Part shown: positions 62,382 to 64,000 of the stretch, in pieces
Position numbering within the stretch: position 1 is the first letter of the stretch
Layout of the letters: each line of letters begins with the position of its first letter
Origin: the human T2T-CHM13v2.0 reference genome, Homo sapiens
DNA length: 64,000 bases
NCBI RefSeq assembly: GCF_009914755.1
Contig: NC_060932.1
Direction: 5' to 3' (one strand)
Position numbers and translations under genes: made by a program
The notes under the pieces: generated by a model
Databases searched by the model: none
Seen by the model: the letters and a program-made list of their open reading frames with translations, nothing else
What the model was told of the DNA's origin: nothing

Positions 62382-63404
62382 ATGGGGAGAAACCAGAGCA
62401 GAAAAGCTGAAAATTCTAAAAATCAGAGCGCCTCTTCTCCAAAGGAATGCAGCTCCTTGCCAGCAACGGAACAAAGATGGATGGAGAATGACTTTGACAA
62501 GTCAAGAGAAGAAGGCTTCAGACAATCGGTAATAACAAACTTCTCCAAGCTAAAGGAGGATGTTCGAACCCATCGCAAAGATGCTAAAAACCTTGAAAAA
62601 AGAGTAGATGAATGGCTAACTGGAATAACCAGTGTAGAGAAGTCCTTAAATGACCTGATGGAGCTGAAAACCATGGCACGAGAACTACTTGATGCATGCA
62701 CAAGCTTCAGTAGCCCATTTGATCAAATGGAAGAAAGGGTATCAGTGATGGACGATCAAATGAATGAAATGAAGTGAGAAGAGAAGTTTAGAGAAAAAAG
62801 AATAAAAAGAAACGAACAAAGCCTCCAAGAAATATGGGACTATGTGAAAAGACCAAATCTACGTCTGATTGGTGTACCTGAAAGCGACGGGGAGAATGGA
62901 AGAAAGTTGGAAAACACTATTCAGCATATCATCCAGGAGAACTTCCCCAACCTACCGAGGCAGGCCAACATTCATATTCAGGAAATACAGAGAACGCCAA
63001 AAAGATACTCCTCGAGAAGAGCAACTCCAAGACACATAATTGTGAGATTCACCAAAGTTGAAATGAAGGAAAAAATGTTAAGGGCAGCCAGAGAGAAAGG
63101 TCAGGTTACCCACAAAGGGAAGCCCATCAGACTAACAGCAGATCTCTCAGCAGAAACTCTACAAGCCAGAAGAGAGTGGGGGCCAATATTCAATATTATT
63201 AAAGAAAAGAATTTTCAACCCAGAATTTCATATCCAGCCAAACTAAGCTTTATAAGTGATGGAGAAATAAAATACTTTACAGACAAACAAATGCTGAGAG
63301 ATTTTGTCACCACCAGGCCTGCCTTAAAAGAGCTTCTGAAGGAAGCACTAAACATGGAAAGGAACAATGGGTACCAGCCACTGCAAAAACATGCCAAATT
63401 GTAA
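62382..63404 (+). pseudogene. L1 ORF1p, one in-frame stop
   Basis: MGRNQSRKAENSKNQS…PLQKHAKL; ORF-track pieces 62382-62777 and 62844-63404 share a frame; TGA at 62775-62777. Confidence 0.92.
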
Positions 63405-63467
63405 AGATCATTGATACTAGGAAGAAACTGCATCAACTAATGAGCAAAATAACCAGCTAACATCATA

Positions 63468-64000
63468 ATGACAGGATCAAATTCACACATAACATTATTA
63501 ACCTTAAATGTAAATGGGCTAAACGCTCCAATTAAAGGACACAGACTGGCAAATTGGATAGAGTCAAGATCCATTGGTGTGCTGTATTCAGGAGATCCAC
63601 CTCACATGCAGAGACACACATAGGCTCAAAATAAAGGGATGGAGGAAGATCTACCAAGCAAATGGAAAACAAAAAAAAGCAGGGGTTGCAATCCTAGTCT
63701 CTGATAAAATAGACTTTAAACCAACAAAGTCTGAGACAAAGAAGACCGTTACATAATGAGACAAAGAAGGCCATTACATAATGGTAAAGGGATCAATGCA
63801 ACAAGAAGAGCTAACTATCCTAAATATATATGCACCCAATACAGGAGCACCCAGATTCATAAAGCAAGTCCTGAGAGACCTAAAAAGAGACTTAGACTCC
63901 CAAAAAATAATAATGGGAGACTTTAACACCCCACTGTCAACATTAGACAGATTAACGAAACAGAAAGTTAACAAGGATATCCAGGAATTGAACTCAGCTC
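63468..64000 (+). pseudogene. L1 ORF2p endonuclease domain, frameshifted
   Basis: MTGSNSHITLLTLNVNGLNAPIK…; apparent 2-bp loss near 63560; 25-bp tandem duplication at 63732-63781. Confidence 0.9.

Larger units (their letters stand above)
61396..64000 (+). mobile_element. L1PA4-6 (L1PA5-like) with intact 5' end, runs off the window end
   Basis: YY1 motif caagatggc at 61404-61412; complete 5'UTR including the segment lost in the youngest L1PA; ORF1; inter-ORF spacer; ORF2 start at 63468. Confidence 0.95.

Overview
This is AT-rich, CpG-depleted mammalian DNA. AluY/AluS, L1PA, THE1 and LTR12 elements mark it as primate, most likely human or great ape. It appears intronic or intergenic and is dominated by interspersed repeats. 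I recognise no host protein-coding gene, RNA gene, CRISPR array or prokaryotic feature, and almost all ORF-track entries are repeat-derived or chance ORFs. The main elements are a THE1C LTR with internal sequence; an L2 hosting an Alu-in-Alu and a 5'-inverted L1PA; two same-strand LTR12 solo LTRs; an older 5'-inverted L1MA; about 19 Alu/FLAM/FRAM copies; MER53, MER58, MER1B and Charlie-type DNA transposons; a truncated L1PA13-like element; and the 5' end of an L1PA4-6 element. That last L1 keeps an open, C-terminally extended antisense ORF0, and its ORF1 is broken by a single stop. The best leads are (i) an unexplained ~140-bp inverted repeat at 22850-22990, (ii) the L1 antisense promoter/ORF0 facing candidate minus-strand exons, and (iii) a CpG-retaining non-repeat segment with a consensus minus-strand donor at ~51.6-52.4 kb. 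I cannot support a new biological system from this sequence alone. Subfamily names come from remembered consensus motifs, not from a RepeatMasker run, and boundaries of old elements are approximate.
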